NCBI GenBank assembly: GCA_963709715.1 | Contig: CAVPXQ010000007.1 | Span: forward strand, 72,384-136,383 | DNA from: an uncultured Gaiellaceae bacterium | GTDB lineage: Bacteria > Actinomycetota > Thermoleophilia > Gaiellales > Gaiellaceae | DNA length: 64,000 nt | Direction: 5' to 3' | Part shown: positions 9,228 through 19,348 of the stretch, in pieces | Layout: every line of letters begins with the position of its first letter | How positions within the stretch are numbered: the first letter of the stretch is position 1 | Program-made: the position numbers and the translations under genes | Notes under the pieces: generated by a model | What the model was told of the DNA's origin: nothing | Databases searched by the model: none | Seen by the model: only the letters and a program-made list of their open reading frames with translations

Positions 9228-10921
9228 GTCAACGTGTACTCCGGGCCGGAGCCGCCTTCGGGTGGCGTCAGCCGGCCTCCCTTCGCGGTGATCGCGCCGC
9301 ACTGCACGCAGTTCGACGGCGTGAGCTCGACCGTCACCATGCCCTCGCCGACGTCGCGCCCCACCTCGTAGACGTGCGCGGGACACATCCATTGCCACGC
9401 CTCGGCGACCGGTCGCCGTACGGTCGTCCGTACCTTCAGGTGGTTCGGCTGGTCGTCGCGGGTGCGGTTTCCGGATGCGAAGACGGACGACAGCTTGTCG
9501 AAGATGTACGTGCCGTCCGGGGCCGGATACTGCGACGACCGCCCCGTCTTCTTGAGAGGTGCGGCCGCGTTCGGATGCGTCGGGAACCGGCCGTTCGGAG
9601 CGCGTCCCTTCGTGACGGTCATCATGCTCGCGAGCGCGCCGCCCGTGAAGAAACCCTTGTCGAAGGCCTGGCGCATGTTTCGCACCTCGTACAGCTCCTT
9701 CCAGTGCTTGCTCGCACGCAAGGAGTCGTCGTACGAATCGAGCGCGCCGACCCGGCTCACGACCTCGCCGCGCTGCAGCGCGCGGAACGCCGCCTCCGCG
9801 GCCAGGCGCCCCGACTCGATCGCGTAGTGGATCCCCTTGAGCCGCGGAACGTTGACGAGACCCGCTCCTTCGCCGACCAGGAGCAGGCCCGGCGCGTTGA
9901 ACCGACGCGGCAGCGAGTAGTAGCCGCCCTCGGTGATCGTCTTCGCGCCCCACGCCACGCGCTCGCCCCCACCGAGGATCTTCCAGACGAGACGGTGCGT
10001 CTTGAACTCCTGCAGGACGTCGTGCACCGAGAACTCCACGTCCTTGGACTCGAGCCCTGCGACGAAGCCGACGGTGACGAGCTCGCCGCCCATCGGGTAG
10101 ATGAACGAGCCGCCGAACTCGCCGTAGCTCGGTGACGTCCGTAGCGGCCAGCCCATCGTGTGGACGATCCTGCGAAGCGGCTTCCGCACGCGCCAGACCT
10201 CCTTCACGCCGAGCGCCCAGATCTGCGGGTTCTCGCCGTGGAGCCCGAACTCGTCGACTGCCGCGTTCGTCAGGTAGCCCTGCGTGCCTTCCGCGAGCAC
10301 CGTCAGACCGGCGACCACGTCGTTGCCCTGCTCGAAGGTGGGCAACGGCTCACCCTCGCGGCCGCGCCCGCGATCGCCGGTCCGCACACCGACGACTCGT
10401 CCGTGCTGGACCAGGAGCTTCGTCGCGGCGGTCTCTGGTAGCACGACCGCACCGAGGGCTTCGGCTTGCTCGGCGAGGAAGCGGCCGAGCTCCGAGGCCG
10501 AGAGGATGAGGTTCCCGTGGTTCCGCATGGTCGGCGGCGGTGGGATCCGGAACGCCGAACGACGGGTGAGCACGTAGACCGCCTCGCCCGGCACTTCGCC
10601 GTACGTCGGGATGTCCGCAGTCTTCAGACGGCCCCGGAAGAGCTCCCGCAGCGGCGAGGGGTTCACGACCGCGCCCGAGAGCAGGTGCGAGCCAGGCTGC
10701 TTGCCTTTCTCGAGCACGGCGATCGGAACGTCGCCGAGACGCTCGCGAACGTGGGGATGCTCCTCGAGCAGCTGGCCGAGCCGGATCGCGCACGCGAGGC
10801 CGCCCGGCCCCGCTCCGACGATCAAGACGCCGACCTCGATCCGCTCCTCGGGTGGGTCGCTCGGTGCACCGACCGCGTCGATCGCGCCGAACGGCGGAGT
10901 GAAGTCGATGGGCCTGGCCAC
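9224..10921 (-). CDS. electron-transfer flavoprotein:ubiquinone oxidoreductase (ETF-QO)
   Basis: Read from GTG at 10921 (VARPIDFTPP). FAD fold VGVLIVGAGPGGLACAIRL and the C-terminal 4Fe-4S region CPAHVYE...SNCVQCGAITAKGG...PEGGSGPEY. The upstream part of the 846-aa ORF overlaps etfA and is not coding. Confidence 0.9.
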   Translation of the reverse strand: MARPIDFTPPFGAIDAVGAPSDPPEERIEVGVLIVGAGPGGLACAIRLGQLLEEHPHVRERLGDVPIAVLEKGKQPGSHLLSGAVVNPSPLRELFRGRLKTADIPTYGEVPGEAVYVLTRRSAFRIPPPPTMRNHGNLILSASELGRFLAEQAEALGAVVLPETAATKLLVQHGRVVGVRTGDRGRGREGEPLPTFEQGNDVVAGLTVLAEGTQGYLTNAAVDEFGLHGENPQIWALGVKEVWRVRKPLRRIVHTMGWPLRTSPSYGEFGGSFIYPMGGELVTVGFVAGLESKDVEFSVHDVLQEFKTHRLVWKILGGGERVAWGAKTITEGGYYSLPRRFNAPGLLLVGEGAGLVNVPRLKGIHYAIESGRLAAEAAFRALQRGEVVSRVGALDSYDDSLRASKHWKELYEVRNMRQAFDKGFFTGGALASMMTVTKGRAPNGRFPTHPNAAAPLKKTGRSSQYPAPDGTYIFDKLSSVFASGNRTRDDQPNHLKVRTTVRRPVAEAWQWMCPAHVYEVGRDVGEGMVTVELTPSNCVQCGAITAKGGRLTPPEGGSGPEYTLT

Positions 10922-10931
10922 GATCCGCCTG

Positions 10932-11886
10932 CTAGCCCCGAGCGCGAACGAGCTCCGTGAGCTTCGGGACGATCTGGTGCAGGTCGCCGACGACGCCGAT
11001 GTCACAGAAGTCGAAGATCGGCGCGTTCGGATCCTTGTTGATCGCGACGATCGTCCCGGCCCCCTGCATCCCGACCTTGTGCTGGATCGCGCCGGAGATT
11101 CCGCACGCGATGTACAGCCGCGGCGAGACCGTCTTCCCCGTCTGGCCCACCTGCGTCGAGTACGGGTACCACCCCGCGTCGACGACCGCACGCGTAGCGC
11201 CGACCGCTCCGCCGAGAGCAGCAGCGAGCTCCTCGAGCATCGTGAAGCCCTCCGGCGAGCCGAGCCCACGGCCCCCGGCGACGATGATGTCCGCGTCCTC
11301 GATCGACGGGCCGCTCGACTCCTCCTGCGTCTGCTCGACGAGCACGGCGAGCGTCGAGAAGTCGGAGAAGGCCGTTTCGAACGCCTCCACCTCGGCGCTT
11401 CCGCCCGAGTCGACGGGCTCGAACGCACCGGAACGGACGAGCCCCAGCTTGGGCGAGCGCTTCCAGCCGACCTCGACCATGACCGTGTCGCCGAGCGCGG
11501 GCCGCTTCCCGACGAGCTCGTCACCTTCGGCCGACAGATCGGTGAGATCCCAGTTGAGGCCTGCGTCCATACGGGCCGCGAGCCCGGCTGCGACGTCCGC
11601 CGCAAGGACCGAGGCACCGAAGAGAACAGCCTCTGCACCCGTGTGCTCGACCAACGTCGCGAGCGCGTCGACGCGCGGCTGTGGAAGCGGTGACGCGAGC
11701 TCCGGCGCATCGCAGACGTAGACCCGGGAGGCACCGAACCCGCCCGCCGACGCCGCGATGTCACCGGCGCCTTCGCCCAGGACGACTCCCATCGCCTCGC
11801 CGAGCGACGCCGCCTTCGACAGCACGCCCAGCGCGCCTCTTCTCGAGCTCACCGCCATGATGCTCGAGGAAGACGAGCGACCTCAC
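10932..11886 (-). CDS. etfA: electron transfer flavoprotein alpha subunit (one frameshift near the 5' end)
   Basis: ORF 10932..11858 carries the EtfA core. The true N-terminus VRSLVFLEHHGGELEK is in another frame from GTG 11886. Removing one base near 11835-11845 (GAGAAGAGGCGCG) gives ...ELEK(G/S)ALGVLSKAA. Confidence 0.85.
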
Positions 11887-12661
11887 AGGAGCTTCCTCTC
11901 GACGACGAGGTCGAGGATCTTCTGCGCTGCCGAGCTGTCGTCCTCGATCTTCACCTGGTCCCCACGCGAAGGTGGCGGGCCGAGCTCGAGGACCGACAGT
12001 CCTCGCACCCGCTTCGCCGGCCGACCCCGCCTCGACTCCGACGTCGGCCAGCGACAGGGTCTCCTGCGGCTTCGTCTTGGCTCCCATGATCCCCTTGAGC
12101 GAGGGGTAGCGGGGCTCGTTGATCGCGTCGGAGACGGCGACGACAGCGGGGAGCGGTGCCGTGATCGTGTCGTATCCGTGCTCGGTTTGCCGCTTTCCGC
12201 GCACGCTTCCGCCCTCGAGCGTCAGCGCTGCGACCTGCGAGATCACTGGCCGACCGAACCTCTCCGCGACTGCCGCCCAGAGCACGGCTCCGTCGCCGTC
12301 CCCCGACGCCTGGCCGAAGAGGACGAGGTCCGGCGCCTCCTTCTCGAGCGCGCCTGCGAGGGTGCGGGCCGTCCCGAGCAGGTCCGAGCCGGCAGCGGCA
12401 TCGTCCGAGACGAGGAGCGCGCGGTCGGCTCCCATTGCGAGCGCCTTGCGGAGCGACTCGACGGCTTTCTCCGGCCCCAGCGACACGAGGACGACCTCGC
12501 CGCCCTGGGCTTCCTTGATCCGGAGCGCCTCCTCGACCGCGTTCAGGTCGGTCGGGATTGAGCGTCGCCTCGCCTGAACGGTCGAGCCGCTTCGTCGTCG
12601 GGTCGATCCGCTTGTGGACGGTCGCATCCGGCACCTGCTTGACGCAGACGGCGATCTTCAT
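11883..12661 (-). pseudogene. etfB: electron transfer flavoprotein beta subunit, two frameshifts as sequenced
   Basis: MKIAVCVKQVPDATV... (frame A, ATG 12661), then DLNAVEEALRIKE...PSLKGIMGAKTKP (frame B), then VLELGPPPSRGDQVKIEDDSSAAQKILDLVVERKLL* (frame C, TGA 11883-11885). The shifts are at the CCC/GGG run 12554-12556 and near 11993. Confidence 0.85.
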
Positions 12662-12710
12662 CGGCGCGGACTCTATCGGCGGCGCCGGGACCTCCGGTGC
12701 ACTCGAGCGC

Positions 12711-13976
12711 CTAGCCCCAGGAGCTCTTCCCGCTCGGGTCGACCTCCGTGATCGCGGCGGCAGAACACGACGCCGCCGAGTCGCCCGCGAGCCTCGCGCA
12801 GGCCGATCGGCGACGAGCATCCGTGGGATAGAGCAGACCGACGACGATCCCGTAACCGGCGACGCAGGCGTCGCGTTGCGCCCGTGGACCGACCGCGCAG
12901 AACCTCGCAGCGAGCTTGACGCCGTTGAGCGCGCTTCCGTCGGAGAACGTCCTCGCGGCGCCGTAGAGGCAGTCGTTGAGGTAGCTCTCCGCGAGCCTGC
13001 AGAGCCGATGGACCTTCTTCAGATCGGAGTACGTCGCCTCCACGACGGCATCGCGTCCGAAGCCGCGGAAACAGAAGGGCGCCCACTTCCTGCCCGCCGT
13101 CCGGCAGACACGGGCCGCCTCCGCGAAGTCGTTCTTGTTCATCTGCAGGATCCACGTGGTCGAGCGCACGAAGCACGACTTCCGGTAACGGACCTGGATG
13201 CTGTCGCACGGATAGAGCAGATCCTTCTCGTTGAGGTAGGACGACCGGTACCCGAAACGGGTGCTGACGTTCTCCATGAAGGCGCCGCTCGTGCAGGTCA
13301 CTCGGTCCCAGCCCGTCCCGATCTCGCTGCAGAGCGAGAGGGCGGTCGGCAATGCGTAGCCGGTCTGGATCATGAACCCGTGCCCGAGCCCGTGCCGACA
13401 CTGATAGTCGAGGAAGCTCCGTCGCCGAATCCCGACCCCGAGGCACAGCTTCCGCGCGGCCGCGGCGAGCTCCGCCTTGGTGGTGAGACCGACAAATGCG
13501 CGCTCGAGGATGCCGTGGTAGTAGCCGGATGCGCAGATCGACGACCCCGCTGCGAACGTCTTCGCGATGTTGCCGTCGAAGCGGGCGTAGGTGGCCGATC
13601 CGATCGTGTGAACGATCCGATGGCAGTCGCGCTCGACAGCCGTGTCCTTCTCGACGCGATCGCCGAACAGAGCGAGCGCTCGCTTCGGACCCTGGCCGAA
13701 GGCGACGTTCCCGAACGCCTGCTCGAGGCAGACGAAACGGTCGTGACACTCCTCGAGGGTGGTCGAGTCGGGCTGGAAGTTCCCCGCCACCGGATGGAAG
13801 GTGCCGCCGACGGCGCCTTGCGCGACCGGGATCGCGCTCCCGTGGCTCCCCGTCGACACGAGCAGATATCCGATGACGGGAACCACGATGAGCGGAACGA
13901 CCAGGACGAACGGCAGCACGCGCCGCAGAAACCCTCCTGATCTTGCCGTCATCGTGTCTGCCCTCTCGTCGGCCAT
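12711..13976 (-). CDS. membrane-anchored Cys/His-rich repeat protein, function unknown
   Basis: The likely start is ATG 13976 or 13952, the latter with GAGAGGG upstream. One TM helix (FLRRVLPFVLVVPLIVVPVIGYLLV) is followed by about 370 aa with recurring C-x-H/Y-G-type motifs: DCHRIVHTIG, SGYYHGILE, QCRHGLGHGF, FCFRGFGRD, DCLYGAARTF, ACVAGYGIVVG. Confidence 0.5.
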   Translation of the reverse strand: MADERADTMTARSGGFLRRVLPFVLVVPLIVVPVIGYLLVSTGSHGSAIPVAQGAVGGTFHPVAGNFQPDSTTLEECHDRFVCLEQAFGNVAFGQGPKRALALFGDRVEKDTAVERDCHRIVHTIGSATYARFDGNIAKTFAAGSSICASGYYHGILERAFVGLTTKAELAAAARKLCLGVGIRRRSFLDYQCRHGLGHGFMIQTGYALPTALSLCSEIGTGWDRVTCTSGAFMENVSTRFGYRSSYLNEKDLLYPCDSIQVRYRKSCFVRSTTWILQMNKNDFAEAARVCRTAGRKWAPFCFRGFGRDAVVEATYSDLKKVHRLCRLAESYLNDCLYGAARTFSDGSALNGVKLAARFCAVGPRAQRDACVAGYGIVVGLLYPTDARRRSACARLAGDSAASCSAAAITEVDPSGKSSWG

Positions 13977-14096
13977 CGTAGAGGCGGTATCGGCACGCAC
14001 TGCCCGCCCGAACAGTCGGAAGAAGACGAGCCGATGGATGGGCTGGAAGGCTCTGCTAGGGTCGGCGCGCCTTGCGCGCACCGGAGCGCATCGCTC

Positions 14097-14950
14097 ATGA
14101 GACGCCACCGGACGACAGCCGTATTCCTCGTTCTCGTCGGACTCGGCGCAGCTGTGCTCGACCTCGGCAAGCGCACGCCCGTCAGGTGCGGTGCCACGTC
14201 TCGTCTTCCCGCTCGTCGCGAAGACCGAGCTCTGGGACAACTACGGCGACCCTCGGGGTAACGGCCGCCACGCCGGGATCGACATGGAGAACCCGTGGCG
14301 CGCGCCGGTCGTCGCGGTCGAGGACGGGCACGTCAAGTACGCGCAGTCGGCACTCGGGGGCTGCATGCTCTACCTCTACGGTCGCAGCGGGACGACGTAC
14401 CTGTACATCCACCTGAACAACGACCTCACCGCTCGCAACGACAACAAGGGCGGTTGCGTCGAGAATGTCGCGTTCGCCGTCCGAGACGGTGCCAGGGTCA
14501 CCGCCGGCCAGCAGATCGCGCTGGAACGGCGACTCGGGCGACGCGAAGCGGCAACCCTCACCTCCACTTCGAGGTGCACCCGAACGACGGCCCGGACGTC
14601 AACCCGTTCAAGCACCTGAAGCGGGCGATCAAGCCGTTGTTCGCAGCACGCGCCGGAGCGGTCTTCAGCCTCGCTCTGCGCGGAAAGCTCGTTGCCGGCG
14701 GGCGCGGGAGCAGCGACACTCGAGGTCGACGGTGTCCGCCAGTATCCGGGCGGCCGTTGGCTCGAGATCGACACCCGCGAGGTCGAGCTCACCGTGCCGC
14801 TCGGAACCGACGTCGCGCCGTTCGACCAGCTCGGCGCATCGACACTCGCGGCCGTTACGGAAGCCGCGCGCGTGACCGCTGACGACGCTGAAGGCAAATG
14901 CGACACCGGAGGCGATCGTCGGCGCCCCCGGCGAGCTCCTGCTCGGACGC
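14097..14950 (+). pseudogene. M23/LytM family peptidase, about 4 frameshifts as sequenced
   Basis: Signal/TM sequence MRRHRTTAVFLVLVGLGAAVL (ATG 14097), then GRHAGIDM...YLYIHLNN...GQQIA, then GDSGDA, then GNPHLHFEVHPNDGPDVNPF, then LVAGG/GAATLEVDG.... These are spread over all three frames between about 14150 and 14700. The 3' end is uncertain. Confidence 0.6.
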
Positions 14951-15006
14951 GTGACTTCGCGCCCCGTGCCGGTAGGACGTCGACCGGCTCGGTCGAACTC
15001 ACCGGC

Positions 15007-15699
15007 ATGGCCGGCGGCCTGTCCATCCTCATGCCCGTCTTCGACGAGCGGGCCACGATCGAGGCCGCGATCGACGACGCGCTTACTGCCGAGCTTCCCG
15101 TCCCGACCAGGCAGCTCGTCGTCGTCGACGACGGGTCGACCGACGGGACGCGCGAGCTCCTCGGCTCGCGCGAGTGGCCCGACAACGTTCAGGTCGTGTT
15201 CCACGAGCGCAACCGCGGCAAGGGCGCTGCCGTACGGACGGCACTCCAGCACGCGACCGAGGAGTTCGCCGCGATCCTCGACGCCGACCTCGAGTACCGA
15301 GCGGCCGACCTCGCCCACGTGCTCGAGCCGCTCGTCACGGGAGAGGCGCGCGTCGTGTTCGGGACGCGCGCATGGACGTCCCAGTCGTCGTTCAGCTTCT
15401 GGTACGTGATGGGCAACAAGGCGGTCACGATGGCGACGAACGTCCTCTACAACTGCTGGATCTCGGACGTCATGACCTGCCACAAGGCGATGCGGACGGA
15501 TCTCTTCCGGTCGCTCCCGCTCCGCGAGCGCGGCTTCGCGATCGAGCCGGAGATCGCGGCGCGCGTCCTCCGCGCCGGAGAGCGGATCCACGAGGTGCCG
15601 ATCTCGTACCGCGCACGCTCGCGCGAGGCCGGGAAGAAGCTGACGACGATCGACGGCCTCCGCGTTCTCCGCACGCTCGTCCGCTGTCGCGTGACGTGA
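15007..15699 (+). CDS. GT2 glycosyltransferase, DPM1-like (polyprenyl-phosphate sugar synthase-like)
   Basis: Internal ATG of ORF 14692..15699: MAGGLSILMPVFDE...VVVDDGSTDGT...NRGKGAAV...LDADLEY. 230 aa with no TM helix. Confidence 0.85.
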   Translation: MAGGLSILMPVFDERATIEAAIDDALTAELPVPTRQLVVVDDGSTDGTRELLGSREWPDNVQVVFHERNRGKGAAVRTALQHATEEFAAILDADLEYRAADLAHVLEPLVTGEARVVFGTRAWTSQSSFSFWYVMGNKAVTMATNVLYNCWISDVMTCHKAMRTDLFRSLPLRERGFAIEPEIAARVLRAGERIHEVPISYRARSREAGKKLTTIDGLRVLRTLVRCRVT

Positions 15700-15701
15700 G
15701 C

Positions 15702-17154
15702 ATGACGTCGACGGGTGCCGAGCCGCCAGTCACGACCTGGCGCCCGTTGCTGATCGCCGCCTACGCCATCCTCGTCTCGATCCTGCTCTGGTCGAGACTC
15801 AACGCGCTCGGCCTCGGCGGCTACTGCTGCGACGAGATCGCCACGGTCGTGGAGTCCGTGCGAACCGGACCGAGCACGATCCTGGCCGGGGCGTACACGC
15901 CGAACAACCACGAGCTCTTCAGCCTCTACGGCTGGGCGGTCAGCTCGGTCTGTCGACGACTCGGCGCTGGTGCTTCGCCTTGGTGCGGCTCTTCCGTTCA
16001 TCGCCGGGGTCGCCGTCACGACGGTGTGGCTTCACCGGCGTGTGGGTGCGCTGTCCGGTCTGCTCTTTCTGTTCTTCTCGACCGTTTCTCCGCTCCTGCT
16101 CGACCTCTCTCGCCAGGCACGAGGCTACGGGCTCGCATTCCTGGCGATGAGCGTCATGACCGTTGCGGCGCTCGAGCTCGAGCGTTCACGCGCAGCCTGG
16201 GCCGTCGCGGCGTTCCCTGTGGCTGGCGTGGTCGGCAGCTGGACGCTGCCCCACTTCGCGGTCGCGTTCATCACGACTGCCGTCATCCTCCTTGCGCTCG
16301 GTATCCGCCGCCGCGCGCTTGCGAGCGGGCTCGCGCTGGCATGTGCTGCGATCCTCGTCTGGTACGCGCCGCACGTCGGCGACATCGTCGACAGGTCGCA
16401 AGATCAGTACTCGGTCGAGATCTCGACGCGGTGGCTCGTCACGGCACCGCTCGATCAGACCGTCGTACCGGCGGTGTCCCTCTCCAGCGACGACTATCTC
16501 CACCCAAACCTCGCATCGCTCGCGCTCGTCGCCTTGTTCGCTGTCGTCATGGCTGTAAGCCCGCTGCTTCGCCGCCGGGAGACGGCGCTGATCCTCTGCG
16601 GGAGCGTCGTGACGACTGTCTTGACGTTCTGGGTGACGGACTCTCACGCGGCACCCCGCTTCTTCAGCTTCCTGCTCGTACCGCTGTTCATGCTGCTCGC
16701 GACGGGCGCGGCCGCTGGCCTCGGTCGGCTGTGGTCACGACGACCGAGTATCGGCGGCCTGGCTGCAGTCACGATGCTCCTGGTCGTCGGCCTCGCAGCG
16801 GTCGATCCCGTCGCCACGACGCCGCGTCGGCCACGCGAGGCATTCCGGGAGGTCGCACAGGCGATCGACTCGCTCGGGACACCGGCACCGCCCGTCTTCG
16901 CCTACGTCCCCCACCCCGGCGACCTCGAGTTCCATCTCGATCGACGCGTTACACCGGTAGTCACGGCCGCAGGTCTCCGGCGTGCGTGCAGTCGGCCCGA
17001 CACCGTCGTCGTCGTGACGGAGATCTGGCTCCTCGACCCCGTGGCAGTGCCTTGCTCGGGTCGGCAGGGTGTTCGGCACACGAGATTCGCGCAGTACGCA
17101 CGAGGGGGCGCGATCGACATGTGGGTCGTTCCGAGACCACGGAGCTCCAGTTGA
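15702..17154 (+). CDS. GT-C fold (GT39/PMT_2-like) membrane glycosyltransferase, tandem paralogue 1 (one frameshift)
   Basis: N-terminus MTSTGAEPPVTTWRPLLIAAYAILV...GGYCCDEIATV...HELFSLYGWAVSSV (frame of ORF 15174) joins DDSALVLRLGAALPFIAGV... (ORF 15970..17154) near 15953. It is collinear with paralogue 2. Confidence 0.65.
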
Positions 17155-18563
17155 GCGCACGGCTGACGAGACCGGCAATCGGAGTGACCTATGCGCTCCT
17201 CGTGTGCGTGCTCGTACTCACACGTCTTGTGGGGATGGACCGAAGCCTCTGGCACGACGAGGTCGTCGCGGTCGTGGGCTTCGTCAACCGCGGGCCCGAC
17301 GAGATCCTCACGGGACCGGAGCTCAGCCACGAGCTCTTCGGAGTCCTCGCCTGGGCCACGACCTCCGTGCTCGGCGACTCCGAGGTCGTACTCCGGCTCT
17401 GGTCTGTGCTGCCCTTCATTCTCGGCGTCGCGCTCGTGACGGCCTGGCTTCACCTACGGATCAGCGCCCTCTCGGGGATCCTCTTCCTCCTCCTCGCGAC
17501 CGTGTCCCCGCTGCTCCTCGACATCTCACGACAGGCGCGTGGATACGGCCTCGCCTTTCTTGCCATGGGCCTCCTCGTCGTGGCCGCAGTCGAGGCGCAT
17601 CGAACGGGGGCCACCTCGGCGGTGGCGGCGTTCTGCGCGGGCGGAGTGATCGGCTCCTTGACGCTCCCGCAGTTCGCGATTGCGTTCCTCGCAACCGGAG
17701 TCGTGCTCGTGGCACAGGCGCGGCTACGAGCGCGCGCGGTCGTGGGAGTCGCAGTGTCCTGCCTGGCGATCACCGCCTGGTATGCGCCGCACATCGGGAA
17801 GGTTCGCGAGGCGTCGCAGATCGAGGACGGCGTGCGGATCGGCGTGCTCGAGATCGTCGTCTCTCCGTTCGACCACATCCTGATTCCGGCACTCCTCTGG
17901 ATCGACGGCACCGTCGTCGTCTCGAGTCTCGTCTGGCTGCCGCTCACTCTGCTCGCGGCGGTCATGATGGCGTCGAGCCCACTCCTGCGCGATCGAACGA
18001 GCGCGCTGATTCTGTGCGCCGGGGTCGTCGCGACACTCGTCGTCCTGTGGATCGGGCGCGCGTACGTCATCCCGCGCTATCTGAGCTTCCTCCTCGTCCC
18101 GCTCTTCGTGCTCCTCTCGACGGGGATGGCCTCGATCCTCGGTCGCCTGAGAGACCTGCGGCCGCCCGTCCTCAGGACGCTCGCGTGTGCCGTGCTCGTC
18201 GGGCTCGTCACGGTGTCGTTCCTGTCGGTCGTGGCCGACGTCGTTCGCTACCCGCGTGAGGCCTACCGCGATGCCGCGGACACGATCGCGCGCACGACGA
18301 GCACACGAACGCCCGTCTTCGCCTACATGCGGAACACGGACGGGCTCTCGTACTACCTCGACCGCCCCTTCCGAAAGCTCGCGGCGAACGAGGTGCCGAA
18401 CGCGGTCTGCGAGAGCCCCGGAGAGATCGTGTTCATCACGCAGCCGTTCGGGATCCCCGAGATCGACGTCCCGTGCCTCGACCAGACACGAGCCACCCTC
18501 TACCGTCATCGCCAGTACACGCGTGGCGACGCGATGGACGTCTGGGTCGTTCGGCCGGGCTAA
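17151..18563 (+). CDS. GT-C fold (GT39/PMT_2-like) membrane glycosyltransferase, tandem paralogue 2
   Basis: TTG start at 17151 overlaps the TGA of paralogue 1 (TTGA). LSARLTRPAIGVTYALLV...SLWHDEVVAVV...SRQARGYGLAFLAM.... About 470 aa, polytopic. Confidence 0.7.
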   Translation: MSARLTRPAIGVTYALLVCVLVLTRLVGMDRSLWHDEVVAVVGFVNRGPDEILTGPELSHELFGVLAWATTSVLGDSEVVLRLWSVLPFILGVALVTAWLHLRISALSGILFLLLATVSPLLLDISRQARGYGLAFLAMGLLVVAAVEAHRTGATSAVAAFCAGGVIGSLTLPQFAIAFLATGVVLVAQARLRARAVVGVAVSCLAITAWYAPHIGKVREASQIEDGVRIGVLEIVVSPFDHILIPALLWIDGTVVVSSLVWLPLTLLAAVMMASSPLLRDRTSALILCAGVVATLVVLWIGRAYVIPRYLSFLLVPLFVLLSTGMASILGRLRDLRPPVLRTLACAVLVGLVTVSFLSVVADVVRYPREAYRDAADTIARTTSTRTPVFAYMRNTDGLSYYLDRPFRKLAANEVPNAVCESPGEIVFITQPFGIPEIDVPCLDQTRATLYRHRQYTRGDAMDVWVVRPG

Positions 18564-19348
18564 GGACGCACGAACGCGAGCAGATCGAGGCCGTCTGCTT
18601 CCGCCGCGAGGTCGTGGCCGATGCGATCGAGCGAGAACTCCGACCGGGCGACGTCGGGCTGAGCCGTCCTGCGCAGTGCCCTTCGGAGCGGAGCGTTGAG
18701 CGACTCGGGAAGCCGGTAGCGGAGCCCCAGTGGATCGAGGCGCGCGAGCCGGCGTGCCCGATCGGCACGCTCACGGACGATGGAGTCGATCGGCTCGGCC
18801 GCGTGAATCCCGTGCACAGTGACGTCGCGAAATGTCTCGGAAAGCACGTCTGCGAACTCGGGCGCCGTGTACTCGCGTGCGTGGTAGCGATTCCAGGGGC
18901 GCTGTCCTTCGAAGAGTCGGTACACCCGGTTCGGCGTCGTGATGAGCGCAAGTCCCTCCCCGTCGAGCACGCGTCGCACCTCTCGCAGGAGCGGTTGCGG
19001 GTCGTCGAGGTAGGCGATCATCTGGAAGGCGACCACGAGGTCGAAAGAAGCGTCGCCGGCGGGGATCATCGTGCCGTCGTACACGTCGAAGCGTGGTCCG
19101 TACCGTGCGCACGCGTGCTCGACGATCTCCGCGTCGACCTCGACGCCGCGATAGACCGCACCGGCGTCGACGAGGATCTCCGAGCCGTAGCCCTCGCCGA
19201 ACCCGATGTCCAGAACGCGGCTTCCATGCTCGGCCAGGCCGGCGGCGACCTCGTATGCGTACAGGTGGAGCGCTGCGATCGCGAGCTCGTCGGCCGACTC
19301 CGCGTCGCCGGGAACGAACCTGACGGTCGTGGGCGAAAGTTCCGTCAC
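18560..19348 (-). CDS. class I SAM-dependent methyltransferase
   Basis: GTG 19348 overlaps the upstream stop (GTGA). SAM motif I is VLDIGFGEGYGSEIL, followed by FDLVVAFQMIAYL. 262 aa. Confidence 0.85.
   Translation of the reverse strand: MTELSPTTVRFVPGDAESADELAIAALHLYAYEVAAGLAEHGSRVLDIGFGEGYGSEILVDAGAVYRGVEVDAEIVEHACARYGPRFDVYDGTMIPAGDASFDLVVAFQMIAYLDDPQPLLREVRRVLDGEGLALITTPNRVYRLFEGQRPWNRYHAREYTAPEFADVLSETFRDVTVHGIHAAEPIDSIVRERADRARRLARLDPLGLRYRLPESLNAPLRRALRRTAQPDVARSEFSLDRIGHDLAAEADGLDLLAFVRP

Noticed and set aside
9224-11764. 846-aa version of the ETF-QO ORF
   Set aside because: The upstream 280 aa are Ser/Arg-rich and overlap etfA in another frame. The conserved ETF-QO sequence begins at GTG 10921, 10 nt downstream of the etfA stop.
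15174-18563. 1129-aa ORF, the longest in the track
   Set aside because: It is chimeric. Its first roughly 175 aa are an Arg-rich out-of-frame reading across GT2 15007..15699. It then picks up the true N-terminus of GT-C paralogue 1 up to the frameshift near 15953, and runs out of frame across the rest of paralogue 1. Only from TTG 17151 does it encode a coherent membrane protein (paralogue 2).
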